Position numbers and translations under genes: made by a program
Part shown: piece by piece, positions 40,227 to 50,487 of the stretch
Numbering within the stretch: position 1 is the stretch's first letter
How the letters are laid out: every line of letters begins with the position of its first letter
Source of the DNA: Flavobacteriales bacterium UBA4110
Lineage (GTDB): Bacteria; Bacteroidota; Bacteroidia; Flavobacteriales; Weeksellaceae
Length of the DNA: 64,000 nt
Reading direction: 5' to 3'
Assembly: GCA_002383165.1 (NCBI GenBank)
Contig: DFXK01000007.1
Span: 34,403-98,402 of the forward strand
Notes under the pieces: model-generated
Database searches by the model: none
What the model was told of the DNA's origin: nothing
What the model saw: only the letters and a program-made list of their open reading frames with translations

Positions 40227-41002
40227 TGTCAATTTTTTCAGAAAACATGCGGTATTTAAGAGGTAAGCTAAATCTTTCACAACAAAAGGTTGCTGATGAT
40301 CTTTTAATTACCAGAGGCAGATATGGTAAGTATGAAGAAGGTGCAACGGAGCCTCCTCAAGAGATTTTGATTAAAATCTCTAAGTATTATAATGTCAGCA
40401 TCGATTTACTTTTGACAATCAATGTCAGTAAATTTTCTATCGATGAGATTATGGAACTTCCGGATAATAGGATTGTTCTGCCTATCAGGGTTGATCGTGA
40501 TGGAAACAATGAGATTGAGATTATTCCGCAAAAAGCTTCTATGGGATACCTGAATGGATATAGTGATCCGGAATATATAGAAAGTCTTGAGACCATTTCA
40601 CTTCCATTTTTACACCACGGAAAATTTAGAGCATTTCCAGCTGATGGCGATTCTATGCCACCATATAAAGATGGAACCTATATTGTAGGAAAATATATTG
40701 AAGACCTTTCTGAATTGAAAGCGGATAGAACTTACATTTTTATTACGTCCAATGATGGGATTACCTACAAAAGGTTTCAGTTTCACGAAGCAGATAGTAT
40801 TTGGGTTAAGGCCGATAATAGTTTTTATGAGCCATATAAAATTCCATTACCTGAAATTAAAGAAATCTGGGAATTTGCTTGTAGTATCAATACAAAAGAA
40901 TACGAACCTGATGAATTTGCGGAACATCATATTCAAAACTTCATTACAGAGATTAAAACTGATATAAGACAGATCAAAGATAAAATTGGGGGTAAGAATT
41001 GA
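40226..41002 (+). CDS. XRE-HTH + S24 peptidase repressor (non-canonical LexA-like)
   Basis: N-terminal HTH (NMRYLRGKLNLSQQKVADDLLITRGRYGKYEEG). C-terminal S24 core (FRAFPADGDSMPP...ITYKRF). Divergent from the dinB-dnaE2 cassette. Confidence 0.8.
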   Translation: MSIFSENMRYLRGKLNLSQQKVADDLLITRGRYGKYEEGATEPPQEILIKISKYYNVSIDLLLTINVSKFSIDEIMELPDNRIVLPIRVDRDGNNEIEIIPQKASMGYLNGYSDPEYIESLETISLPFLHHGKFRAFPADGDSMPPYKDGTYIVGKYIEDLSELKADRTYIFITSNDGITYKRFQFHEADSIWVKADNSFYEPYKIPLPEIKEIWEFACSINTKEYEPDEFAEHHIQNFITEIKTDIRQIKDKIGGKN

Positions 41003-41128
41003 CTTTATTTTGAGCAATGTCTATAGTTCATTAATCAAAAAACTTCCCCGAAGGGAAGCAAAAACACAAATGATGAAAAAAAATCCCATTTAAGCGGGAT
41101 AATGTAAAGATAAATATTTCAAAAGAAA

Positions 41129-41743
41129 ATGACTATGAGCCAGCTGAGTTTATTTGATGCGGAAGAATTTTATGAATTTCCAAAAGATCTTTTAGAATAC
41201 AAAGAAAATTTCCTGAGCAGGGAAGAAGCCGATCATTTAAAAGATAAATTGCTTCAAAATACGCCGTGGGAGCAGCGTACTCAGAAAATGTATGATAAGA
41301 TGGTACTGACTCCACGTCTTACTGCGTGGTATGGTGATTCTAAGTCTTATGATTCAGCCGACAATAATACTTCTAAACGGAATGAATGGACTCCTGAATT
41401 GTATGCTTTAAAAGAGAGAATAGAAAAAGAATTCGGATATGAGTTTAACGGTGTGTTGCTTAATCTCTACCGTAACAACAATGATTCTGTTGCCTGGCAT
41501 AGAGATAAGGAGAGTAGATATGGAAGACGTCCTGTTATTGCATCCATTAGTCTAGGACAAACCAGAAATTTCGATTTCAGAAAAAAAGATCATCATAATA
41601 GCAAATACAGCTTACCTCTTCCTCACGGATCGCTTCTCATAATGAAAGGGGATCTACAGGAAAATTGGGAGCATCGAATTGCTAAATCAACATTACCAAT
41701 GAAAGAACGAATCAATCTGACTTTTCGTCTCATTAAGGGGTAA
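41129..41743 (+). CDS. alkB: AlkB-family Fe(II)/2-oxoglutarate DNA/RNA dioxygenase
   Basis: VLLNLYRNNNDSVAWHRDKE (HxD), GSLLIMKG..QENWEHRI and INLTFR. Confidence 0.85.
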   Translation: MTMSQLSLFDAEEFYEFPKDLLEYKENFLSREEADHLKDKLLQNTPWEQRTQKMYDKMVLTPRLTAWYGDSKSYDSADNNTSKRNEWTPELYALKERIEKEFGYEFNGVLLNLYRNNNDSVAWHRDKESRYGRRPVIASISLGQTRNFDFRKKDHHNSKYSLPLPHGSLLIMKGDLQENWEHRIAKSTLPMKERINLTFRLIKG

Positions 41744-42068
41744 AAGCGATATAGAATCTTAAACTCGGGAAAGATAGAGATTGTGATAAGAAATTGTTGT
41801 TTGTCAAATAATTAATATATTTTGTGATGTTATTTAAGTTTATTAATTGTATTTTTACAAAGTAAATAATTTATTCATATCCAATTATTTGCTGTAGTTC
41901 GTCTGAGATTAATAAGTACTTTTCATTCGGAACTGCAAAAGAAATATGACTGTTTTTACGGTAGGTTAGATACTTTTCATCTCTTAACTGATTTGGAGTT
42001 CAAACTTTACAAAGTTTATTATTTAAATATCAACTATCCTAGGACAAAAACCTTTTAAAAGAAAAGAG

Positions 42069-42443
42069 ATGTCTAAAACAACAATCCTCATATTTGATAT
42101 CGATTCATCTTTTCGTGAACTTCTTGAAGTTATTTTTGAAGAATCACCTTACAAAATTGCATCATCAGACTCATCACAAAATACAATCCAGCAGATAGAA
42201 TTTCATAGACCTTTTGTTGTTTTGATTAATACTTGGATGTCTGGAGATAATGCATTCAAAATAACGCATCATATCAGACAAGATCTATATTTTAATAATA
42301 TCCCAATTATTTTAATGGGTACCAATTTCAATTTAGCGGCATTGAAAAATGCAGTTGGTGCTGATGATTTTATTGTACAGCCATTTGATATTGATGACAT
42401 AGAGCGCAAAATAGATATTTATAGCCATCATCTAATTACTTAA
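42069..42443 (+). CDS. Stand-alone receiver-like domain lacking phospho-acceptor residues
   Basis: CheY-like fold by pattern (ILIFDIDSS..., IPIILMGT, FIVQPFD). The D57 position reads T/N (VLINTWMSG) and the K109 position reads Q. Confidence 0.55.
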   Translation: MSKTTILIFDIDSSFRELLEVIFEESPYKIASSDSSQNTIQQIEFHRPFVVLINTWMSGDNAFKITHHIRQDLYFNNIPIILMGTNFNLAALKNAVGADDFIVQPFDIDDIERKIDIYSHHLIT

Positions 42444-42663
42444 TTAATACAACTATATATTTTTAATTAGTCTCACAAAGCTCTAAACCTTTAGTGATAA
42501 AATCACCATAAGGTATTTTTAATCCATCCCACTTAGGATTATCAAGCCATATTTCCTCAACCTTGCTTATGGATGGATCATTATGAGATGCTCCTTTAGC
42601 TGTACCATTTTAAAGCATAGGTTTTGCCATTACTTGCTTTGCAGTATATTTCTTTGTGATACA

Positions 42664-43806
42664 TCCTCTGTGCAAAATCCAGCGCAAGCATGGAACGCTC
42701 TGGTAGTAGGAGCATACACCGAGAAAATTCAATTAAATGATCCTCTCTTTCAGGATTATACACTTGTTGCGGATGAAGGGCAACTTTCACCATATAGCTC
42801 TACTTCAATAATTTGGGAAAGAAAGTGGGCGTCTAGGCCAGATGTAGTTTTTGAGGGAGGAAACCTTTTAAGAGCACCAGATAATAGTATTGTGAGACAT
42901 GAGAATTTGGAATTGTTATCTACTTCAAAACAGTTTAATACAAGAAAATATTTTGACACAATATGGGCAACGAGTGCAGCAACAGCACAGGCCTCATGGT
43001 TTGCGGCAAAAATAGCTTTTGAATATCCTGAAGCTTGGGCTGAAACTATTCGCGGTTTGATAATTCATTCTGCAAACTGGAATACTGCAATGTTTGCTCA
43101 GCTAAATGTTGTGAAAGGTAATAGAACAAGTTTTAGAAATTTATTAAAAACCTTTGGTTTTGGTATTCCCAATTTAGAGCGTGCTCTCTATAGTCAGGAA
43201 AGTGCCTTGACGTACATTGCGCAAGAAACTATTCAGCCTTTTAATTATAAGGGAACTACTACCACTACTGAAACAAATGAAATTCATTTCTTTAATTTGC
43301 CTTGGGCAAAAGATTTGTTACTGGATCTTGGAGAAACACCTGTAAAGCTAAAAATTACATTGTCATATTTTATTGAACCGGGTGCTGGAGAAATTGGATG
43401 GAAAGATAAATATCGTTATCAATCACATGGATTACGTTTTGATGTTAATAATGTTGGGGAAACCGAAGATGAATTTAGAAGACGAATCAATATTGCAGCA
43501 AGGGAAGAAAATGAAGAAGTAAATGGAAATACAGGTAGTCAACGTTGGGCAATCGGTGTGAATAATCGTAGTACAGGTTCAATGCATTCTGATTTTTGGG
43601 AAGGAACTGCTGCTGATTTGGCAACTTGTAATCATATCGCTGTGTATCCAATTATTGGCTGGTGGCGTGAAAGAAAAAATTTGGAAAAAGTGGAAAATGA
43701 AACTCGCTATTCTTTAATTATATCACTTGACACACCAGCGCAAGATATTGAACTTTACACTACAGTGAAAAATATTATTGAAGTTCCAATCGAAATCGAA
43801 ATCTAA
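42664..43806 (+). pseudogene. S8 (subtilisin-like) peptidase, 5'-truncated
   Basis: Homology starts at NPAQAWNALVVGAYT and includes the Ser motif region WATSAATAQASWFAAK. The Asp and His catalytic regions are absent. Upstream sequence is non-coding. Confidence 0.65.
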
Positions 43807-43920
43807 GATTAATACTTTCTGATAATTTATTGATTGAAAGTAAAGTTTCTTTTTAATTTTTTTTCTTTAAATTACATCTGCTTTATTTAAGAAATAATGA
43901 ATGCCGAGAGTTTAGCAATT

Positions 43921-44235
43921 TTATCCAAATCTTCTAAAAAAGTGTTCGAAAAATGAACCTTTGCGTCACTTAAGGAGACAACTATTTTTTAGTTGTCTCT
44001 TTTTTGTAGCCATAAATATCTCTTTGTCAAACCTTTATGATTTGACTTTTAGTGTTCGACATTTTAAACGTAAAATGCTTAGTCTGTTTGAAAAAAACAG
44101 TCTGAAATTACCACAGTAGGCTTGTAGTCTACAATTGTTAAGTGTTCGAAATCTTCTTAAGGTTAGGGCTTTTTCTCTTTTTGATTTATTGTAGATCTTT
44201 GATATTAAAGATAATAATTCTAATATAATTTTACC
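43921..44235. repeat. Direct repeat copy 1 (serine-recombinase 3' end + downstream flank)
   Basis: Aligns with 54490-54800 and 58021-58305. The core 43967-44107 differs from copy 2 at ~6 positions by eye. Contains three AGTGTTCGAMA motifs (43941, 44051, 44141). Confidence 0.85.
43975..44005 (+). terminator. Intrinsic terminator inside repeat copy 1
   Basis: GAGACAACTA / TAGTTGTCTC 10-bp stem, 5-nt T loop, T6 tail. Confidence 0.7.
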
Positions 44236-44365
44236 TTTCTTTTATTTCCCATACTATCATTCTTGTCTGTAATAATAATTGCTTGTTATTAATAGATATT
44301 CTTCTGAAAAATCTAAATTCTGATAAAAAGACTTTTGGATTAAATTTTATTTCTAAATTTGCCAT
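44141..44365 (-). pseudogene. Decayed 3' remnant of a serine recombinase gene
   Basis: The reverse strand reads ...RRISINNKQLLLQTRMIVWEIKER*..IIIFNIKDLQ*IKKRKSPNLKKISNT*. This parallels the intact C-terminus ...RNISVEQAIIILAKNGI...LELLYLIAKNHNKSEERKIQNIKEISDN* at 58204. Confidence 0.5.
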
Positions 44366-44692
44366 ATGAATTTCTTGAGACTATTCCTTACAATCTATTT
44401 TGCGGTACTAACTGTATTACCGTGCAATGATGTCAAGGCACAGTCATCCGCTGGAGAATTCACAAAAATCTCCAGCTATTCAGAGGATTCTCACTCCAAA
44501 GACAAAGGAGATATATGTTCTCCACTTTGCATTTGTAATTGCTGCCAGATGACAGTAGGTTCATTTAAGATAGAGCCAATATTAAGTTTTCCTGAGCAGA
44601 TAAAATTGTATTATTCCAAGAAAATTCTTTTCCACAAGAATGATTTTGCTTATTTGGTGTATGACCAGATATGGCGACCGCCTAAGATTTAA
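44366..44692 (+). CDS. Small Cys-rich secreted/membrane protein (DUF6660-like) preceding the czc genes
   Basis: 108 aa with a signal/TM (LFLTIYFAVLTVLPCND) and the motif DICSPLCICNCCQ. Confidence 0.55.
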   Translation: MNFLRLFLTIYFAVLTVLPCNDVKAQSSAGEFTKISSYSEDSHSKDKGDICSPLCICNCCQMTVGSFKIEPILSFPEQIKLYYSKKILFHKNDFAYLVYDQIWRPPKI

Positions 44693-44849
44693 TTTTTATT
44701 TTTTTTTTGAAAGTTAACTTTCAAAATATGTTGTAAAACATTGCAATATCATTGCATTGTTTACAGCTCTACATTTGCTGTAACCTTATGTTTGGGAATT
44801 TCCAAACTTATTGTGTTGGCAGTTTCAATAAAAATTAAATCAAAATTCT

Positions 44850-47800
44850 GTGTTAGATAAAATCATAAAATTTAGCATCAAGAACAAGATTGTCATTGGT
44901 ATTATGACCTTGTTGTTGATTATATGGGGTATTTGGAGTGCAACCAAATTACCAATAGATGCTGTTCCCGATATTACAAATAATCAGGTACAAATAATTA
45001 CAGTATGTCCAACTCTTGCGGGACAGGAAGTCGAACAATTAGTAACATTTCCAATAGAACAAAGTATTGCAAACGTTCCAGATATTGAAGAAACTAGAAG
45101 TATTTCGAGATTTGGACTTTCTGTGATAACAGTTGTGTTCAAGGAAGATGTTGATATTTACTTTGCCCGCCAGTTGATTAGCGAGCAATTAAAACAGGCT
45201 GTAGAAGAGATTCCAAAAGGAGTCGGTACTCCGGAAATGGCTCCTGTAAGTACGGGGTTAGGAGAAGTTTACCAATATATCCTACATCCAAAGAAAGGAA
45301 GTGAAAATAAATATACATCCAAGGAACTAAGAACAATGCAGGATTGGATTGTTAGGAGGCAGCTTAATGGAACTCCGGGTGTGGCTGAGGTCAATAGTTT
45401 TGGTGGAGAATTAAAGCAATATGAAGTTGCAATAGACCCGAATCGTCTTAAAGCGATGGATATTAGTATTACGGATATTTTCACTGCTTTAGAAAAAAAT
45501 AATCAGAACACAGGTGGTGCGTATATAGATAAGAAGCCTAATGCCTATTTCATTCGTGGAATTGGTATTGTAACATCCTTAGAAGATGTTAAAAATATTC
45601 CTGTAAAAAACAATACCGGAAGTGTTCCTATTTTTATCAAAGATGTAGCAGATGTTCAATTTGGTAAAGCGGTAAGATACGGAGCAATGACCTATAACGG
45701 AAAGGTAGATGCAGTTGGAGGTATTGTGATGATGCTGAAAGGTGCTAATAGTAATGAAGTAGTGAATAACATCAAGGATAAAATTCCTACAATTCAAAAG
45801 TCTCTTCCAAACGATATAGTAATAGAACCTTTTCTGGACAGAACCGATTTGGTAGGTAGAGCTATCAGTACAGTTGAGAAAAATTTAATTGAAGGAGCGC
45901 TAATCGTCATTTTTGTACTAGTTATTTTCTTAGGTAATCTTAGAGCAGGTCTCATTGTGGCATCAGCCATTCCCCTTTCTCTTTTGTTCGCTCTGGGGAT
46001 GATGAATGTTTTTGGCGTTAGTGCCAATCTGATGAGTTTGGGAGCAATCGATTTTGGATTGATTGTGGACGGTGCTGTAATTATTGTCGAAGCCACGCTT
46101 CATCACTTAGGTTTAAGGAAAAGCACCAAGATGCTGACTCAATCTGAAATGGATGAAGAGGTTTTTCTTTCAGCGTCTAAAATTAGAAGCAGTGCTGCTT
46201 TTGGAGAGATTATCATCCTAATTGTTTACATCCCAATTTTAACACTTGCAGGCGTAGAAGGAAAGATGTTTACTCCAATGGCAAAAACAGTTGGTTTTGC
46301 TATTCTTGGAGCATTGATTTTGTCTTTAACATATATCCCTATGATGAGTGCTTTGTTCCTTTCAAAAAAAGTATCTCATAAAGAAACGTTCTCAGACAAG
46401 ATGATGAATAAGTTGCAGAACATTTACCAACCGATGTTGGAAAAAGCGATTAGATTCAAATATTGGATAGTTGGAGCAACTCTATCATTGTTTGTTGTCA
46501 GCTTATTGATTTTCAAAAATATGGGTGGCGAGTTCATCCCACAATTACAGGAAGGAGATTATGCCTTTCACTGCATTTTGCCACAAGGAAGTTCTCTTAG
46601 TCAGAGCATAGAAACATCTATGCAGGCATCCAGAATTATTAAAGAATTTGATGAAGTTAAAATGGTTGTTGGAAAAACAGGTTCAGCAGAAGTTCCAACT
46701 GACCCTATGCCTCAAGAAGCTACGGATTTGATTGTAGTACTTAAACCTCAGGACGAATGGAAAACCAAGAAATCTTATGAAGAATTAGCAGATGAAATCA
46801 GTGAAAAATTAGAAGTAATTCCCGGTGTTTTCTTTGAAAAAAATCAACCAATCCAGATGCGTTTCAATGAATTGATGACTGGAATCAGACAAGATGTAGC
46901 GGTTAAGATTTTTGGAGAAAATCTAGATTCTTTAGCAATTTACGCAGATAAAGTTTCAAAGGTTATTCAGACGGTAGATGGAGCAACGTCTCCACAAATT
47001 GAAAGGGTAAGTGGTCTTACCCAAATCAATGTGGAATATGACAGAACCAGAATGGCAAACTATGGATTGAATATCGAAGATGTTAATAATGCTCTGAGTA
47101 CAGCTTTTGCAGGAAAATCAGCTGGGCAGGTTTTTGAAAATGAAAGGAGATTTGATTTAGTGGTAAGATTAGACAGTCTTCACAGAACCAATATGGATGA
47201 TGTCAATACTCTAATGATTTCCACCAATTCCGGAGCGCAGATTCCTCTTTCTCAAGTTGCAAATATTAGCTATAAATTGGGGCCGGCTCAAATCAGCCGT
47301 GAAGAAGGAAAAAGAAGAATTGTAATTGGTTTCAATGTGAAAGGTCGTGATGTAGAAAGTGTTGTGAATGATATTCAGCAAAAGCTGGATAAGCAGATAA
47401 AACTGCCTTCAGGATACTATTTCACTTACGGAGGTCAGTTTGAAAATCTACAGGCTGCAAGTAAAAGGTTGTTGATTGCTGTTCCGGTTTCTCTCTTACT
47501 CATTTTTATGCTATTGTATTTTACATTCAGTTCTTTCAAACAAGCAGGATTAATATTTACGGCAATTCCGATGAGTGCAATAGGAGGTGTATTCGCATTA
47601 GTCATAAGAGATATGCCATTCAGTATCAGCGCAGGAATTGGATTCATCGCATTGTTTGGTGTTGCTGTTCTCAACGGTATAGTACTGATTGGAACTATCA
47701 ACCAATTGGAAAAAGATGGAGAAACTGATGTTTTAAAAAGAGTGATGGAAGGAACTAAGACAAGGCTTCGTCCGGTATTGATGACTGCTGCAGTAGCCTC

Positions 47801-49211
47801 TTTAGGATTTTTACCAATGGCTATCTCTACAGGAGCAGGTGCTGAAGTACAAAAACCTTTGGCAACTGTAGTCATCGGAGGATTGGTTACAGCGACTTTC
47901 CTTACATTATTCGTTTTGCCGATGTTATACATTATTTTTAATACAAAAATTAACAGAAGAAAATTGAAGGTAAAACCTTTGACGACTGTTATAATTTTTG
48001 GAATGCTGATGTTTGGTCAGACTCTTACAGCGCAAAGCAGAGCATTGTCTATAGAGCAGGCGACACAGATAGCTTTGGAAAATAATGACCAGATAAAATC
48101 AAAAGATTTGGACATCAAAGTTAGTGAAGCATTGAAGCCAACAGCGAACGAACTGCCTAAAATGAATTTTGATGCGTTACTTGGTCAGTACAATAGCCCA
48201 AAGTTCGACCAGTCATTTTCCATTTCGCAAAATATTCCGTTTCCGACTTTATTTAAAGCAAGAAAAGAACTTATTGCAGAAGAAATCAAAGCAAAGCAGA
48301 TTGATAAAGCTGTTTCTGCGAACGAACTCGCTAAACAGGTAAGAACCTATTATTATCAGATTGAATATTTACAATATAACCAATCACAACTTTCTTATCT
48401 GGATAGTTTGTATCAGGATTTTATAAGGATTGCAACTGTTAGATTCAAAGCAGGAGATATCAAGAAAATTGAAATCAACACGGCTGAAACACAAAGGGGT
48501 GAAATCAATCTTCTACTCAACCAAAACAAGGTTTATCTCAGCAATGCTTATCAAAATCTAAAAATTTTATTGAATACTAAAGATGAATTTCAGATTTCAG
48601 CTAATAGAAATTATGAGCCGTTAAAAGCAGAGTATATTTTGGATAGTACAGCTCTTGCTAATCATCCAACCGTGAGAGCTTTTTATCAGCAAATGGAAAT
48701 TGCAGAAAAAAATAAAGCAGTACAAAAGTCTCAAGGTATGCCGGAATTTAATATTGGATATACGAATCAATCGTTAATTGGTTTTCACACTGCCAACGGT
48801 CAGGAAAAATTTTATAATGCTGGAAATCGATTCAGTAGCGTAGGCTTAGGTGTCGCTATTCCTCTGACTTTCGGAGCAACAAAAGCAAGAGTTCAGTCTC
48901 TGGAATATGAAAAGCAAGCGGCAGAGACTAATGCAAAGTTTCAACAGAAGCAGTTGTCAGTACAGTTGGAGAATATGCTGAGTCAGTACCAGCAGAATGT
49001 TTTACAATATGATTATTATGTAAAGCAAGCTTTGCCAAATGCCGAAAAAATTGTGAAAGCAGGACAGCTTGGTTACAAGACAGGAGAAATCTCTTACGTG
49101 GAATATCTTTTTGCTTTACAGACAGCAACCAATATTCAATTAAAATACCTTGAGTCCATCCAACAGGTCAATCAAGCTGTAATTACTATTAATTCATTAA
49201 TCAATAAATAA
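44850..49211 (+). CDS. czcA: CzcA/CusA-family heavy-metal RND pump fused in frame to a TolC-like outer membrane factor
   Basis: 1453 aa, GTG start. Residues 1-~1037 are a 12-TM RND. They are followed by KLKVKPLTTVIIFGMLMFGQTLTAQS (signal-peptide-like) and ~410 aa of OMF repeats. Confidence 0.9.
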   Translation: MLDKIIKFSIKNKIVIGIMTLLLIIWGIWSATKLPIDAVPDITNNQVQIITVCPTLAGQEVEQLVTFPIEQSIANVPDIEETRSISRFGLSVITVVFKEDVDIYFARQLISEQLKQAVEEIPKGVGTPEMAPVSTGLGEVYQYILHPKKGSENKYTSKELRTMQDWIVRRQLNGTPGVAEVNSFGGELKQYEVAIDPNRLKAMDISITDIFTALEKNNQNTGGAYIDKKPNAYFIRGIGIVTSLEDVKNIPVKNNTGSVPIFIKDVADVQFGKAVRYGAMTYNGKVDAVGGIVMMLKGANSNEVVNNIKDKIPTIQKSLPNDIVIEPFLDRTDLVGRAISTVEKNLIEGALIVIFVLVIFLGNLRAGLIVASAIPLSLLFALGMMNVFGVSANLMSLGAIDFGLIVDGAVIIVEATLHHLGLRKSTKMLTQSEMDEEVFLSASKIRSSAAFGEIIILIVYIPILTLAGVEGKMFTPMAKTVGFAILGALILSLTYIPMMSALFLSKKVSHKETFSDKMMNKLQNIYQPMLEKAIRFKYWIVGATLSLFVVSLLIFKNMGGEFIPQLQEGDYAFHCILPQGSSLSQSIETSMQASRIIKEFDEVKMVVGKTGSAEVPTDPMPQEATDLIVVLKPQDEWKTKKSYEELADEISEKLEVIPGVFFEKNQPIQMRFNELMTGIRQDVAVKIFGENLDSLAIYADKVSKVIQTVDGATSPQIERVSGLTQINVEYDRTRMANYGLNIEDVNNALSTAFAGKSAGQVFENERRFDLVVRLDSLHRTNMDDVNTLMISTNSGAQIPLSQVANISYKLGPAQISREEGKRRIVIGFNVKGRDVESVVNDIQQKLDKQIKLPSGYYFTYGGQFENLQAASKRLLIAVPVSLLLIFMLLYFTFSSFKQAGLIFTAIPMSAIGGVFALVIRDMPFSISAGIGFIALFGVAVLNGIVLIGTINQLEKDGETDVLKRVMEGTKTRLRPVLMTAAVASLGFLPMAISTGAGAEVQKPLATVVIGGLVTATFLTLFVLPMLYIIFNTKINRRKLKVKPLTTVIIFGMLMFGQTLTAQSRALSIEQATQIALENNDQIKSKDLDIKVSEALKPTANELPKMNFDALLGQYNSPKFDQSFSISQNIPFPTLFKARKELIAEEIKAKQIDKAVSANELAKQVRTYYYQIEYLQYNQSQLSYLDSLYQDFIRIATVRFKAGDIKKIEINTAETQRGEINLLLNQNKVYLSNAYQNLKILLNTKDEFQISANRNYEPLKAEYILDSTALANHPTVRAFYQQMEIAEKNKAVQKSQGMPEFNIGYTNQSLIGFHTANGQEKFYNAGNRFSSVGLGVAIPLTFGATKARVQSLEYEKQAAETNAKFQQKQLSVQLENMLSQYQQNVLQYDYYVKQALPNAEKIVKAGQLGYKTGEISYVEYLFALQTATNIQLKYLESIQQVNQAVITINSLINK

Positions 49212-49212
49212 A

Positions 49213-50466
49213 ATGATGATAAAAGGAAAAATCATATATATCGCACTAATTTCTGTCTTACTTGCTAGTTGTGAGAAAAAAGAAGAAGCTGCCACAGAGA
49301 ATGCCGAAAAAGTATCTCAAGAAAGCACTCACGAAGAAGCACCTCAAACAATCGCCTCTCTAACTGAGGAGCAGATAAAAGCGGTAGGTATTACATTAGG
49401 CAAAGTAGAAATGAAAGAATTGACCTCTACTATCAAAGCTAATGGAGCGTTGCGTGTTCCCAACAATAATAAAGCAACTGTAACATCGCTTTATGGAGGT
49501 GTCATCAAAACACTAAATGTACAGATTGGAGATTACATCAAGAAAGGACAGGTCATTGCTACCATCTCTAATCCAGAATACATCCAGTTGCAGGAACAAT
49601 ATCTTACTGTAAACAACAGAATTATTTTTGCCGAACAGGAATATAGAAGACAAAAAGAATTGTTTGATAATGATGCAGGAGCAAAGAAAAATCTTCAAAG
49701 TTCCGACGCTGAACTCAAAACATTGCGTACTCAAAGAGCATCATTGTTAAGACAACTTCAAATGATGGGCATCAATCCTGGAAAAATCAATAATGGTAAT
49801 TTAAGAGCAGGATTGAGTATTACTTCTCCGATAAGTGGTACAATAAGTAATATCAATGCACAAATTGGAAGTTATGTAGATATTTCCGCACCTGTTGCTG
49901 AGGTTATAGACAACGGCTCGATTCATTTGGACTTACAGGTTTTTGAAAAAGATTTACCGAAGATGCGAGTTGGTCAAATTGTTCATTTCAAATTGACCAA
50001 CAATCCGGAAACCGAATATGATGCGAAAATATATAGCATTGGCTCATCATTCGAAAATGACAGTAAAACAATTTCAGTTCATTGTGCTGTAACTGGTAAC
50101 AAAGCTGGGTTGATTGATGGAATGAACATCACAGGGATTGTAAGTCTTGATAAAAGCACAACACCAGCAGTTCCAGATGAAGCCATCGTTGAAGCTGACG
50201 GAAAATATTATGTTTTCGTAAAAACCAACAAAAAGATTGAAGAACATAATGAAGCGGAAGGCGAACACGCAAATGAAAAGAAGATATCAGAAAAAGAATC
50301 AAAAACGATAAATTTTGAAAAAACTGAAGTTGTTAAAGGCTCTTCTGATATGGGTTATACTGCAATTACTACAGTAAATGCAATTCCTGCAAATATTGAT
50401 ATAGTAATAAAAGGAACATTTTTTGTGAATGCTAAATTATCTAATGCTGGAGAACACGAACATTAA
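49213..50466 (+). CDS. czcB: RND periplasmic adaptor (CzcB/HlyD family) lipoprotein
   Basis: Lipobox LLASC, barrel-sandwich and coiled-coil pattern, and a His/Glu-rich segment EEHNEAEGEHANEKK...GEHEH. Confidence 0.85.
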   Translation: MMIKGKIIYIALISVLLASCEKKEEAATENAEKVSQESTHEEAPQTIASLTEEQIKAVGITLGKVEMKELTSTIKANGALRVPNNNKATVTSLYGGVIKTLNVQIGDYIKKGQVIATISNPEYIQLQEQYLTVNNRIIFAEQEYRRQKELFDNDAGAKKNLQSSDAELKTLRTQRASLLRQLQMMGINPGKINNGNLRAGLSITSPISGTISNINAQIGSYVDISAPVAEVIDNGSIHLDLQVFEKDLPKMRVGQIVHFKLTNNPETEYDAKIYSIGSSFENDSKTISVHCAVTGNKAGLIDGMNITGIVSLDKSTTPAVPDEAIVEADGKYYVFVKTNKKIEEHNEAEGEHANEKKISEKESKTINFEKTEVVKGSSDMGYTAITTVNAIPANIDIVIKGTFFVNAKLSNAGEHEH

Positions 50467-50487
50467 CTAATTTCTAAAATATTAAAA

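Noticed and set aside
45269-47932. Antisense ORFs inside czcA (45269-45484, 45579-45797, 45794-46096, 47435-47932).
   Set aside because: They lie fully inside and opposite a well-supported RND gene, have low-complexity or odd composition, and show no motifs. These are typical shadow ORFs. The same applies to 13087-13609 (in katE), 27089-27988 (in the IS91 transposase), 33062-34283 (in XDH genes), 36973-37661 (in dnaE2), 52767-53879 (in the ATPase) and 60792-60974/63550-63774 (in the NTPase).
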